This document shows positions 1 through 9,147 of a stretch of 64,000 nucleotides of DNA, piece by piece; within the stretch, counting starts at the first letter, position 1, and the number at the start of each line of letters is the position of its first letter. A model generated the notes under the pieces. That model was not told the DNA's origin, did no database searches, and was given only the letters and a program-made list of their open reading frames with translations. Position numbers and translations under genes: made by a program. The stretch is from Methanobacteriota archaeon (GTDB lineage Archaea; Thermoplasmatota; Thermoplasmata; SG8-5; DAIRED01), in NCBI GenBank assembly GCA_043799545.1, contig JAZDNO010000005.1:64001-128000 (forward strand), given 5' to 3'.

Positions 1-535
1 GGTCAGCCCTGCCCAGGAGCGGGAGGGAGACGGACCTTCGGGCGTGCAGGAGCCAGCCTCCTCCGAAGGAGCGCCTGACGAGGTCGTCTACGCGCCCGAG
101 GCAGACCAGGGGCGTACGTCAGAGCCCGCCGAAGCTGGAGCGGAGGGGCCCGACCCTTCCGGGCCCGAGTCTCGGGGCCAGGAACCTGTGGCGGCGCCCG
201 AAGCGGCGGAAGCGGATGCTGCGAACGAGGGTGCCGCGGGAGCAGGCCTTTCGGAACAGCCGGAGGAAACCGGGCCCGAGGAGGAGAAACCAGAGCCGCC
301 CGCCAAGCCCGTGGAGCTGACGCAGGTGCAGAAGCGCGTCCTGGAGGCGATAGGCGAGGGGGCGACGATGCCGTCGCTCCGGAGCGCGCTGGACGACTTG
401 AAGTACACGGAGATACTGGTATCCGTGCGCGTGCTCATAGACTGCGGCCTAGTCACCGCAGAGAGCCACGGGCGCGGCACAACGTACATGAGGGTCAAAG
501 GAGCCAATAGAGAGGAGGTGAAAAACGATGCTTGA
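1..535 (+). CDS. 5'-truncated protein: acidic Pro/Glu/Ala-rich linker plus C-terminal winged-helix domain
   Basis: Frame is open from base 2. C-terminus LTQVQKRVLEAIGEGATMPSLRSAL...LIDCGLVTAESHGRGTTY has a wHTH pattern. Stop overlaps the next start. Confidence 0.6.
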   Translation, partial: VSPAQEREGDGPSGVQEPASSEGAPDEVVYAPEADQGRTSEPAEAGAEGPDPSGPESRGQEPVAAPEAAEADAANEGAAGAGLSEQPEETGPEEEKPEPPAKPVELTQVQKRVLEAIGEGATMPSLRSALDDLKYTEILVSVRVLIDCGLVTAESHGRGTTYMRVKGANREEVKNDA

Positions 536-1154
536 CGTATCGCTGGTATCGCTCATCCAGGACATGAGCGAAAAGGCCGGCGTAGAGGGAACAATACAGT
601 ATTGGGCCAGGGTAGGTGAAAGCCTCGCGAAAAGGATGGGAAAGGAAGCGTACATGGGATGGCCGTCTTTCAACGTCGCGCTGAGGGAAGGGCGAACTGC
701 GTTCTCCATAGAGGGGGACGTCAGCGCGCTCACGGACTTGGCGATAACGGACGTTGACGGCGACGTCGTCGGGTACATATACGCACTCAAAGTGTGCGTG
801 TTCAACCCCACGATAGACCGGATACGCTACTCCGTCGGGACGCTCCCGCGGGCGGACAGGGCGGTTGCAGAGGAGTACAACAACAGCGTGCGCGACACGG
901 CTGTGTGCAACTTCTGCGTCATCCACCAGCGCTTCCGCGAGGAGGTCGCCAAGAGCATAGTGATAGCCGACCAGCCGCTGGACTGCCTGCAGCTAGCGAA
1001 CAGGGGCTACTCGGGCGACACCAAGATAGCGGAGGACAGCCTGCGCAAGATCGGGATAGACCCGGAGTACGTGCGCAGCCTGCTGCGCAACTACGCGTGC
1101 GTGTACGCTATACTAATGAAAGGTGCCAGGCTGAAGGGCGAGGAGGCTGATTAA
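528..1154 (+). CDS. hypothetical protein, V4R/HNOB-like fold, paralog of next gene
   Basis: RBS GGAGGTGA upstream. Motifs CVF, VAEEYN, CVIHQRFR, RNYAC are shared with 1156..1770. Confidence 0.7.
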   Translation: MLDVSLVSLIQDMSEKAGVEGTIQYWARVGESLAKRMGKEAYMGWPSFNVALREGRTAFSIEGDVSALTDLAITDVDGDVVGYIYALKVCVFNPTIDRIRYSVGTLPRADRAVAEEYNNSVRDTAVCNFCVIHQRFREEVAKSIVIADQPLDCLQLANRGYSGDTKIAEDSLRKIGIDPEYVRSLLRNYACVYAILMKGARLKGEEAD

Positions 1155-1155
1155 G

Positions 1156-1770
1156 ATGTTGAAATCCGAGCGCAAGATGTTGATAGACGACAACCCGTTC
1201 GTGGACGTGGCGGCGTACCTGTTCCTCGAGGACATAGCTGACAAGCAGGGCGCCAGCGGGATGAACAACTACCTGGTCAGCCTGGCGACGTCTCTCGCCA
1301 AGTCGATGCCCGAGGAAGAGTACGAGACCTGGGAGGAATTCGTCGAGTCGCTTCAGAAGGGCGAGTCCATCATCTCGGCCTTCGAGAACGTGGTGATGGC
1401 GACGCCGCACTGCCTGGTCACGACCGAGTGCCCGTTCCAGAAGGGATGGGAAGAGTACACCCGAAGGATAGGGTCCTTCTCCAAGATACACTACGACGTG
1501 GCTGAGTACTACAACTCAACTGTCAAGCCCGGCGCGGTCGACTCGCAGTGCATCATCCACCAGACATTCAGGTCGGCGGCCTCCGAGCGCATACGCGTCG
1601 CTGGAAAGCCCGTGAAGTACGCCCAGGTCGCGGCCATATCCCCAGGTGGCAACAAGAAGGTCGCCCCCGAGGAATGGCTGCCCATACTGCTCGAGAAATC
1701 CGGGATTTCCCACACGATGCTGAACATGATAATGAGGAACAACGCCTGCCTCTGGATACTGTACCAGTAG
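1156..1770 (+). CDS. hypothetical protein, V4R/HNOB-like fold, paralog of previous gene
   Basis: Starts 1 nt after the previous stop. Motifs CPF, VAEYYN, CIIHQTFR, RNNAC. Confidence 0.7.
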   Translation: MLKSERKMLIDDNPFVDVAAYLFLEDIADKQGASGMNNYLVSLATSLAKSMPEEEYETWEEFVESLQKGESIISAFENVVMATPHCLVTTECPFQKGWEEYTRRIGSFSKIHYDVAEYYNSTVKPGAVDSQCIIHQTFRSAASERIRVAGKPVKYAQVAAISPGGNKKVAPEEWLPILLEKSGISHTMLNMIMRNNACLWILYQ

Positions 1771-1826
1771 GCGCAACGGCGGATCGGAGACGAAGGAGGC
1801 GGAGCGCCGCCCCATGAGGGGTACAT

Positions 1827-2411
1827 TTGAAGGTGCTGAGGAGATGCGGCCCCCAGACATACGTCAAGCTGGAGGAAGCGTCGGAAGTGTCGAGTTACAA
1901 GGTCGTCGGCGAGGACGCGGATACGAGATTCGCTGGCGGCGGCTTCGACTTCTTCCGGGGGCTCGGCATCATCGGCTACGAGAAAACGTTCAAGATATGG
2001 CTCAGGAAGTTCCCCCGGCCAATCTTCATCATAGCCGTTGAAGGCACCAGCATAGTCTCGTGGGTGTTCATCGAGGAATGGCCCGAGACCGCGAGCGACG
2101 GCTCGCCGGTCTACGTCCTGCGGGCCATCGAAACCATACCCGCGATGAGGAAGCGCCGCATCGGGCTCCGCCTCCTGATGCTCGGCCTCCAGCAGACGGT
2201 CGGCTACATGGTCACCAAGCCCCTCACCCACGATGCAGAGCGATTTTTCATGAGATCTGGCTTCATGAACGAGAAGGAGCTGAAGAAGCCGGCGATAGAC
2301 CTGAGCAAGCACCCCGGATACCTGGTCATGCCCCCGTTCAAGAAGACGGTGTTGCTGGAAGATTTCGAAAAATACTTCGAAGCCGAGAGGCACGGAGATA
2401 TCCTTACGTGA
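1827..2411 (+). CDS. GNAT-family N-acetyltransferase
   Basis: LRAIETIPAMRKRRIGLRLL (acetyl-CoA motif A) and AERFFMRSGF (motif B); TTG start after a GAGGGG RBS. Confidence 0.7.
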   Translation: MKVLRRCGPQTYVKLEEASEVSSYKVVGEDADTRFAGGGFDFFRGLGIIGYEKTFKIWLRKFPRPIFIIAVEGTSIVSWVFIEEWPETASDGSPVYVLRAIETIPAMRKRRIGLRLLMLGLQQTVGYMVTKPLTHDAERFFMRSGFMNEKELKKPAIDLSKHPGYLVMPPFKKTVLLEDFEKYFEAERHGDILT

Positions 2412-2581
2412 AAGCGGTTGGGTCGAAGACTCTGGCCGGGGGGCTTTCGCGGCTGTGTCAGCGCCCGCAGGCGCCATAAAGCTCGCGCCGTGATGCAACG
2501 CATCGAGCCGCTTTACCAGGCGAGCATAATGCACGGGCAAAGGTTTATGACCGCTCCCCCTTTTCCCATACCGGTGCTGCC

Positions 2582-3811
2582 ATGGACGCTGCCCGCGTTC
2601 TGAAGTCTGTCGAGGGGATGAAGGGGGACATTGTCGACGCCCTCACCGAGCTATGCAAAATACCCGCGCTGTGCCCAGAGCACGGGGGCCAGGGAGAGGC
2701 GGAGAAATTCGCGCTGCTCGCGGACATGCTGAACGACCTCGGTTTTCCCAAGGGGCGGGATTACCCGTCAAAGGACAAGCGCGTGCCAGGCGGGAAGAGG
2801 CACAACATCGTTGTCAGAATCAAGGGCGATTCGGGGGCCAAGGAGCGCATCTGGATTGTGTCGCACGTCGACGTTGTTCCGCCGGGCGAACCCTCGCTTT
2901 GGAAGACCGACCCATATATGCCGGTCGTCAGGGGCGGAAGGCTGTACGGGCGCGGGACGGAGGACAACGGGCAGGCGATAGTGACCTCCATTTTTGCGGC
3001 AAAGGCGCTCATCGATGGCGATGCCCGCCCGCGGAAGGACGTCATGCTGGCATTCGTTTCGGACGAGGAGGTCGGCAGCAGGCACGGAATCCAGCACATC
3101 ATCGGCGAGGATTTGGTGCGGTGCGAGGACTTGGTCGTCGTTCCAGATGCGGGCTCCGAAGACGGCCGTTACATAGAGGTCGTGGAGAAATCCCACCTCC
3201 AGCTCAAGCTCACGGTCACGGGCAAGCAATGCCACGCATCGAGGCCTCACAAGGGAATCAACGCATATCGGGCGGCGTCGCAATACGTCGTGGAGGCGAC
3301 GGACACGCTATACTCGAAATACGGCGGGCGGGACGAACTGTACGAGCCCCCCTACTCCACCTTCGAGCCGACGAAGAAGCAGGCCAACGTTCCGAACGTC
3401 AACACCATACCGGGGGAGGACGTTTCCTTCTTCGATTACCGCATCCTTCCAGGGCAGGACATGGAATGCATAATGCAGGACCTAAAAAAGCTGGGAGCAC
3501 GCCTTTCAGAGAAGTCCGGGGCGCGCTTCGATATCGAAACCGTCAGCATGTCCGAGGCCGCGCCCGCGACACCAGCCGACAGTCCCGTCGTCAAAGCCTT
3601 GGCGGCGTCCATCAAATCCGTCAGGGGCGTATCGGCGAGGCCCCAGGGGATAGGCGGCGGCACATGCGCGGCGCACTTCAGGCAGGCAGGCATTCCGGCG
3701 GCGGTCTGGGCGACCATAGACGAAACCGCCCATGAGCCGAACGAGTATGCCACAATCAAGAACATGGTCTCGGACGCAAAGGTCTACGCGCACCTTTTCA
3801 TGACCGCCTGA
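2582..3811 (+). CDS. M20 family metallopeptidase (DapE/ArgE-like)
   Basis: SHVDVVP, GRGTEDNG, DEEVG, GKQCHAS and AHEPNE metal-binding motifs. Confidence 0.9.
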   Translation: MDAARVLKSVEGMKGDIVDALTELCKIPALCPEHGGQGEAEKFALLADMLNDLGFPKGRDYPSKDKRVPGGKRHNIVVRIKGDSGAKERIWIVSHVDVVPPGEPSLWKTDPYMPVVRGGRLYGRGTEDNGQAIVTSIFAAKALIDGDARPRKDVMLAFVSDEEVGSRHGIQHIIGEDLVRCEDLVVVPDAGSEDGRYIEVVEKSHLQLKLTVTGKQCHASRPHKGINAYRAASQYVVEATDTLYSKYGGRDELYEPPYSTFEPTKKQANVPNVNTIPGEDVSFFDYRILPGQDMECIMQDLKKLGARLSEKSGARFDIETVSMSEAAPATPADSPVVKALAASIKSVRGVSARPQGIGGGTCAAHFRQAGIPAAVWATIDETAHEPNEYATIKNMVSDAKVYAHLFMTA

Positions 3812-3818
3812 TGGCGGA

Positions 3819-4718
3819 TTAGGAGATAATGCGGCCAAGCCAGTAGACGACATTCCCCACGACCGCGGCGAGCACGAGCCCGGCGGTGATCGGGATGATG
3901 AAAGGGATTTTGTGCGTAACCCAAACATCCTGTATGCCCGCGGATTTCAGGGCTTCGTACTCCTTGCTGAGATACCGCCCCCTCTTCGGGAAAAGCGCCC
4001 GCTGCATTTTGCCGTCCACGAGCCTTTCCATGGGCCAGACGAGCGCCTTTTCCGCCTCCGCGACCTTGACGCGCCTCCCGAAAAAAGCCAAGGGCCAGAC
4101 GAAGTCACCGCGCTTGACGTTTGCCGCGAGATTGTAGAATGGGAGGAACATCACGCTCAGGCTGCCCATCATCAGGACGAGCATCATGAACGGAAACGAG
4201 ATGTCCACTACGTCCGCAATTCCGGCGGGAGTTGCGATTAGCGGGAGGCCCGGAAGGTCGGGGTACCAGGGCAGGACGAGTGCGATGGACATGAGCGCCT
4301 TGGCGTCGGCGCCGCCATGAATGATGTTTGTGAAATACAACGCGTAGACCAGGAGGAACATCGACGGGATAATCAATATGGGCGTCAGGCCCCCGAAATA
4401 CAGGGCGCAGCCAGAGGCCGCACCGGCGGCGGCGAAGGCCGCTACCGCGGGCCAGCAGAACTTGCCCTTTTCGTAGATTGGCTCCCTGTCGATGTACGGG
4501 TCGTAGAAAAGCAAGCCTATCGGAACCAGGAGGAGGTAGTGGGCGGCGTTTGCGCCGTCATTGAGCATCTCGCCGGCCAGCAGGCAAAGCCCCACGGCGC
4601 CGAGAATGTGCCAGTAACGGTCGTCCACCGTTCTGGTCTTCAAATCCTCGCGCGAGGCTGCGAGGAGGAATGCAAGGGTCACGGAGAAGCGCGCCAGGGA
4701 GAGAAAGTCCAAAGCCAT
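3819..4718 (-). CDS. archaeal prepilin/preflagellin peptidase (A24 family, FlaK/PibD-like)
   Basis: Multi-TM protein with ASREDLKTR Asp, GGADAK GxGD-type motif and a C-terminal VWVTHKIPFIIPI motif. Confidence 0.85.
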   Translation of the reverse strand: MALDFLSLARFSVTLAFLLAASREDLKTRTVDDRYWHILGAVGLCLLAGEMLNDGANAAHYLLLVPIGLLFYDPYIDREPIYEKGKFCWPAVAAFAAAGAASGCALYFGGLTPILIIPSMFLLVYALYFTNIIHGGADAKALMSIALVLPWYPDLPGLPLIATPAGIADVVDISFPFMMLVLMMGSLSVMFLPFYNLAANVKRGDFVWPLAFFGRRVKVAEAEKALVWPMERLVDGKMQRALFPKRGRYLSKEYEALKSAGIQDVWVTHKIPFIIPITAGLVLAAVVGNVVYWLGRIIS

Positions 4719-4796
4719 GCAGGGCTTTAATGTCGGGCTTTGTATATATCCTTTCGCCCGTCAAATATATATATCACCGGGGGTTTACTTCAGGCG

Positions 4797-6320
4797 ATGA
4801 ATAAAAACTTAGCTAGGCTTGCGATGCTTCTCCTGGCGTCAATCGTGGTCGGCGCTTGCGCCGTTCCAGGCACAGTCAACGCGGCCCCGGCCGACGTGGT
4901 CGTTCTCAGGTTTGACAATTATTCAGAGGAGGTGGAGATGGGTGCGACGGCCCATTACCACCTTTCCTTTTACAACAACGGGACGACGTCGGTCTTTGTC
5001 CACGCCACGGTACAGAACGGTGAGGCGCATTGGGAGGTGAACGCCACCCCCGAGTTTGTAACGGTATACTCCGGCGGATACCTGGACGTGGCCGTGGAAA
5101 TCACGGCGCCGATGACCAGAGACTACCCGACCGAGACTGCGACCCTGACGGTAAACTTCACCGACCTCGAGACAGGCGAGGAATGGAGTGCGACCCAGTC
5201 GATGACGACGGAGCTGAGGGGCGGGGGAATAATACCCGAGCGCAAGATATTGGGGATTTTCGAAAACCCATTCCATTCGTCGTGGATGAACGGTCATTGG
5301 GGCGTATTCGTGTTGAACGTCATATCCACGGCCATAATCGCGCTGTTCTTGGTATTGATATTCCCGCCGATCGCCCGAAAGCTAACGGCCAAAACGGAGA
5401 CGAAACTCGACGACATGCTCATTGAAATTGTGAGAGGGCCAACGACTTTGATATTCATCCTGCTCATGTGTGTGGAATCGATGCGCTCGCTCCCCATCAC
5501 ATATAAAACGCTGCACTCGATAGAGGTCGGGTTCGACATCATTTTTGTCTTTGCTGGAGCATGGATGATTTATAAGATTTTCAAGGATGTGGTGATTTAC
5601 TACGCCAAGAAGATGTCGCAGGAGACGGAAACCGAGCTTGACGACGTGCTCATTCCGATAGCCGAGAAACTGGGGGCCATACTTATCGCCGTGGGGGCCA
5701 CGGCATTCATCATGAGGGATTTCGGAATCGACATCACAGTTCTTGTGGCGGGAATGGGCGTGCTGGGAGTCGTCATAGGTTTCGCCATGCAGGAGAGCCT
5801 TGGCAACTTTATCGGTGGCATATTCCTGCTGACGGACAGGCCGTTCAAGACCGGCGACGACATCCAGCTGCCGGACGGGACATACTGCAAGGTCATCCAT
5901 GTCGGCATGCGCACAACCAAGCTATACAGGAGCGTCTCGAAGGACATCATCATCCTCCCGAACAGCGACATCGCAAACAAGCCTATAATCAACCTGACCC
6001 AGCCAGACCGTTTGATAGGCGCCAACGTCAAGGTCGGCGTGGCCTACGACTCGGACATGGAGAAAGTGAAGAAAATCATGTTTGAGATTGTCAACGCTCA
6101 CCCGGACATCTCGCACGCGGAAGAGTTCGCCCCCCTGTTCAGACTCTCTGAGTTCGCCGACTCGTCTGTGAACGTCACGATGTTCTTCTCAGTCAAGGAC
6201 CTGAGCAACATGTGGCGCGTCCAGAGCGAAGTGCGCGAGGAGATATTCAAACGCTTCGCGGCCGAGGGCGTGGAGATACCGTTCCCGCAGCGCGTCGTCC
6301 ACCTCAAGAAGGACGCCTAG
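4797..6320 (+). CDS. mscS: MscS-family mechanosensitive channel with N-terminal exported beta-rich domain
   Basis: GFAMQESLGNFIGG, PFKTGDDI, VIHVGMRTT, GVAYDSD and EIPFPQR motifs; N-terminal signal-like segment. Start moved to ATG 4797. Confidence 0.9.
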   Translation: MNKNLARLAMLLLASIVVGACAVPGTVNAAPADVVVLRFDNYSEEVEMGATAHYHLSFYNNGTTSVFVHATVQNGEAHWEVNATPEFVTVYSGGYLDVAVEITAPMTRDYPTETATLTVNFTDLETGEEWSATQSMTTELRGGGIIPERKILGIFENPFHSSWMNGHWGVFVLNVISTAIIALFLVLIFPPIARKLTAKTETKLDDMLIEIVRGPTTLIFILLMCVESMRSLPITYKTLHSIEVGFDIIFVFAGAWMIYKIFKDVVIYYAKKMSQETETELDDVLIPIAEKLGAILIAVGATAFIMRDFGIDITVLVAGMGVLGVVIGFAMQESLGNFIGGIFLLTDRPFKTGDDIQLPDGTYCKVIHVGMRTTKLYRSVSKDIIILPNSDIANKPIINLTQPDRLIGANVKVGVAYDSDMEKVKKIMFEIVNAHPDISHAEEFAPLFRLSEFADSSVNVTMFFSVKDLSNMWRVQSEVREEIFKRFAAEGVEIPFPQRVVHLKKDA

Positions 6321-6357
6321 CCAACCTTTTTAACGCGGCAAGCGCTTTTCGGCGGCA

Positions 6358-7260
6358 ATGAAAGTCGTCGTCCTGGGCGCGGGAGCGCTCGGCAGCCTTT
6401 TCGGCGGAAAGCTGGCACTATCGCATGATGTCGTTCTCGTCGGTCGAGAGGCCCATGTCGCGGCAATCGGGCGGAAAGGGCTCAGAATCGCCGGGGCGAA
6501 GCGAACCCCGGCGAGGATAAAAGCCGTGACGAACGCATCGGGTTTGGAACGTCCAGACCTGCTCCTGGTGACTGTGAAATCGTACGACACGGCGGCTGCC
6601 ATGCGGGGCGCCCGCGGCCTCATAGGCCCCCCCACGACCGTATTATCGCTGCAGAACGGGATAACGACCCTGGACATACTGGACAAGTGCGTGCCAAAAG
6701 GGCGGCTCATCGGCGGGTGGACGAGCCACGGGGCGACCGTGCTGGAGCCGGGCGCAATCCGGCACGCCGGTGCGGGCGACACCGTGATAGGGGAGCTGGA
6801 CGGTCGCCGCAGCGCGCGCACCGAGGAGATTGCCCGAGCGTTCTCCGAATCGGGCATTAAAACGATTCTGAGCCGCGACATCAGACGCGAGATTTGGCTC
6901 AAGGGGCTCGTGAATTCAGCAATCAACCCGCTGACCGGAATCGTCCGATGCGAGAACGGCGAAATCGCGTCGAACAGCGAGCTTTCGTGCGTTGCCAAGA
7001 TGATTTGCGAGGAAGGCTCCGAAGTGGCCAGAGCGTCTGGATTCGACATCGGCGCTGGCGAGGCGTTCCGTCGCACAATGCGCGTCGCCGTGCAGACCGC
7101 CCGCAACCGCTCCAGCATGCTCCAGGACATCGAACTGGGGCGCCGGACGGAGGTTGACTTCCTAAACGGCGCAATTACCGAACTGGCATACAGGTACAAG
7201 ATCGAAGCGCCAGTGAACGGCGCGTTGACTTCGATAATAAAGGCGATATCGAAATCTTGA
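6358..7260 (+). CDS. panE: 2-dehydropantoate 2-reductase
   Basis: GAGALG Rossmann motif, VTVKSYD, LQNG, WLKGLVN, SSMLQD, TEVDFLNG. Confidence 0.9.
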   Translation: MKVVVLGAGALGSLFGGKLALSHDVVLVGREAHVAAIGRKGLRIAGAKRTPARIKAVTNASGLERPDLLLVTVKSYDTAAAMRGARGLIGPPTTVLSLQNGITTLDILDKCVPKGRLIGGWTSHGATVLEPGAIRHAGAGDTVIGELDGRRSARTEEIARAFSESGIKTILSRDIRREIWLKGLVNSAINPLTGIVRCENGEIASNSELSCVAKMICEEGSEVARASGFDIGAGEAFRRTMRVAVQTARNRSSMLQDIELGRRTEVDFLNGAITELAYRYKIEAPVNGALTSIIKAISKS

Positions 7261-7337
7261 GATGTGCGGTCCTTCGTCGGGGCGGTTTGGCCGGTGAAGG
7301 TTTATATAGCCCGATACCCATACCAGACAACGAGACC

Positions 7338-7586
7338 ATGAAGACGTACATGAAGGTCATGTTCAACAGCGAGGGGGCGCGCCCATCCGAAATAGTCTCC
7401 AGGCTGCACATGTTGGGCTTCAGGCCGACCCATGGCAACTACGACTTCATATACGACTGGGACCACAATGCGACCGTGGAGGACGCCTTTTTCCTGGCGG
7501 ACAAGGTGCATGAGGTCCTGAGGGGCATGAACGTCATCTTCAAGCTGGAGACAGAATCCATCCAGGGCTCCAGCGACATGGATTGA
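7338..7586 (+). CDS. small conserved hypothetical protein
   Basis: 82-aa globular-looking ORF; TATA-like TTTATATA about 30 nt upstream of ATG 7338. Confidence 0.6.
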   Translation: MKTYMKVMFNSEGARPSEIVSRLHMLGFRPTHGNYDFIYDWDHNATVEDAFFLADKVHEVLRGMNVIFKLETESIQGSSDMD

Positions 7587-7601
7587 GACGTTATTCGGGT
7601 T

Positions 7602-7637
7602 TTAAAAAAAAATGGTAGGGCGAGCTTGCGCCCTACC
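7602..7637 (-). terminator. hairpin plus poly(T) intrinsic-type terminator
   Basis: Perfect 9-bp stem GGTAGGGCG/CGCCCTACC (7614-7637) followed on the minus strand by an A and a T-run, just downstream of the 7649 stop. Confidence 0.7.
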
Positions 7638-7648
7638 GGCCATCCGGA

Positions 7649-7867
7649 CTACTGGTCCGTGAGCTGGCACACGGACGTCACTGCACGGTCGCCCGAAATG
7701 ACTTCCTGGGCTTTCGCCAGGTTCACTATCAGGTTCACGTACTCCTTGCCGTCCTTCGACGAGTACTTCTGCGCCGCCGCGAACGCTTCGGACGAGATGC
7801 TCATCTTGAGCGCCCCGCCGTTCGTGGACTTCCGCATGTACCCGACCAGGGTAGAGTTTTTCTGCAC
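7649..7867 (-). CDS. small hypothetical protein (72 aa), possible nucleic-acid-binding beta fold
   Basis: GTG start 6 nt after a perfect GGAGGTGA RBS: MQKNSTLVGYMRKSTNGGALKMSIS...GKEYVNLIVNL. The 285-aa ORF-track extension is spurious. Confidence 0.7.
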   Translation of the reverse strand: MQKNSTLVGYMRKSTNGGALKMSISSEAFAAAQKYSSKDGKEYVNLIVNLAKAQEVISGDRAVTSVCQLTDQ

Positions 7868-8059
7868 TTTTTTCACCTCCGTTGGTTTCTGTGGCCGCAG
7901 GCAACGGTTGCCTTGCAGTGATTTCCGACAAACACCACCCCGTGAAAATACCTGTCCGTACATGTACTGGGAACTTGGCGGGTGCCCGCGTGGGCGCAAC
8001 CAAAAGCTTATAAATGGGGCAAAAGCAACTTTATATTCATTCAAAGCAATTACCGGAGC

Positions 8060-8581
8060 ATGGTTGAGAGGAAGGTCCGTGGAAGCGTCATCAACGGATA
8101 CATGAAGTTCATAGAGAAGAACTGGGGGAAGGACGGGGCCGAGCGGTGCAGGAAGGAGACGAACCTGGCGGACATCGAAATAAAGGACGGAATTCACTAT
8201 CCGAATGCGATGCTTCTCGCGGTCATCAAATGGATATCGAAGAATTATGGCATCGCTCACATGCGCAGGGCCGGGAACCACGCGGTAAAGAATCTCGGAT
8301 TGCTGGCATACATAGTGCGCTTCTCGTCGATAGAGCACATGCTGAAGAAGTCCAACGACGCCTACCGCGAGGCATACGGCTTCGGCGAGGTGGATTTGAT
8401 TTTCAAACCGCATCACGCGACCGCGCGCATGAAGGATGTCAGCGAAATACCAGAGAACTGCGAGGGCTGGATAGGGGCGCTGGAGGCCCTGCTCGAACTG
8501 ACGCACACAAAGGGCAAAGTAATAAAGACTAAGTGCCAGCTCAAAGGCGACGAACGGTGCGAGTACGAGATTGAATGGTGA
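8060..8581 (+). CDS. HNOB/V4R-domain protein
   Basis: N-terminal KVRGSVINGYMKFIEKNWG (H-NOX-like) and C-terminal V4R signature CEGWIGALEALL...TKCQLKGDERCEYEIEW. Confidence 0.75.
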   Translation: MVERKVRGSVINGYMKFIEKNWGKDGAERCRKETNLADIEIKDGIHYPNAMLLAVIKWISKNYGIAHMRRAGNHAVKNLGLLAYIVRFSSIEHMLKKSNDAYREAYGFGEVDLIFKPHHATARMKDVSEIPENCEGWIGALEALLELTHTKGKVIKTKCQLKGDERCEYEIEW

Positions 8582-8593
8582 GCGCCAGCGGCA

Positions 8594-9139
8594 TCAGGCA
8601 GGCTTGCATATTATCTCGTTGACCCTGAGGTCGAGGAATCTGTTGGCATGCGCCGGCGTCAGGACGGCGGCGGTGTCCGCTCCGGACCCGGTGCCTCCGA
8701 TCGCAATCACCGGACCGCCCGAGAGCTCCCCCGCGTCCGCAGCCATGACGGAGATTTCGACGCACACCTTGACCCCCTGGCCGAACAAGCGGAGGGTTTC
8801 AGCCACGATTTGCGTTGGATAGATGCCCTGGAACTTCGAGTTGAACGAGCGCTCGATCCCGCTTAGGGCGTGCGTCCCGGTTACTATGATAGCGCCGTGG
8901 TCCGCGAGCCCGTCCATGACGCTCTCCTTCATCTCCTGCTGCCACGGCTTGGCGAATCCGGCGTGGTGCGTGACTACAACAACCTTGGAGCCCTTGAAAG
9001 CCTTCATCGCCATCACGGCGGTCTTTCCGGTTGCGCTCGCGACGACTATTTCCTTTATCCCAAGTTCCGCCGCCCGCTCGACCGCGGCTTCGACGGTCTT
9101 CTCGCTGTTCTCCGGACCCGGCTTTTCCCAGACCTTCAT
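8594..9139 (-). CDS. pyruvate-kinase C-terminal-like domain protein (archaeal conserved)
   Basis: PGPENSEKT, IVVASATGKTA, VVVTHHAGF, GQGVKVCVEI, AIGGTGSGADTA. Confidence 0.85.
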   Translation of the reverse strand: MKVWEKPGPENSEKTVEAAVERAAELGIKEIVVASATGKTAVMAMKAFKGSKVVVVTHHAGFAKPWQQEMKESVMDGLADHGAIIVTGTHALSGIERSFNSKFQGIYPTQIVAETLRLFGQGVKVCVEISVMAADAGELSGGPVIAIGGTGSGADTAAVLTPAHANRFLDLRVNEIICKPA

Positions 9140-9147
9140 CCCTCACC

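Noticed and set aside
7868-8506. 285-aa minus-strand ORF
   Set aside because: Only the last 72 codons are a real gene (RBS at about 7873-7880); the rest is antisense to the V4R gene and intergenic DNA.
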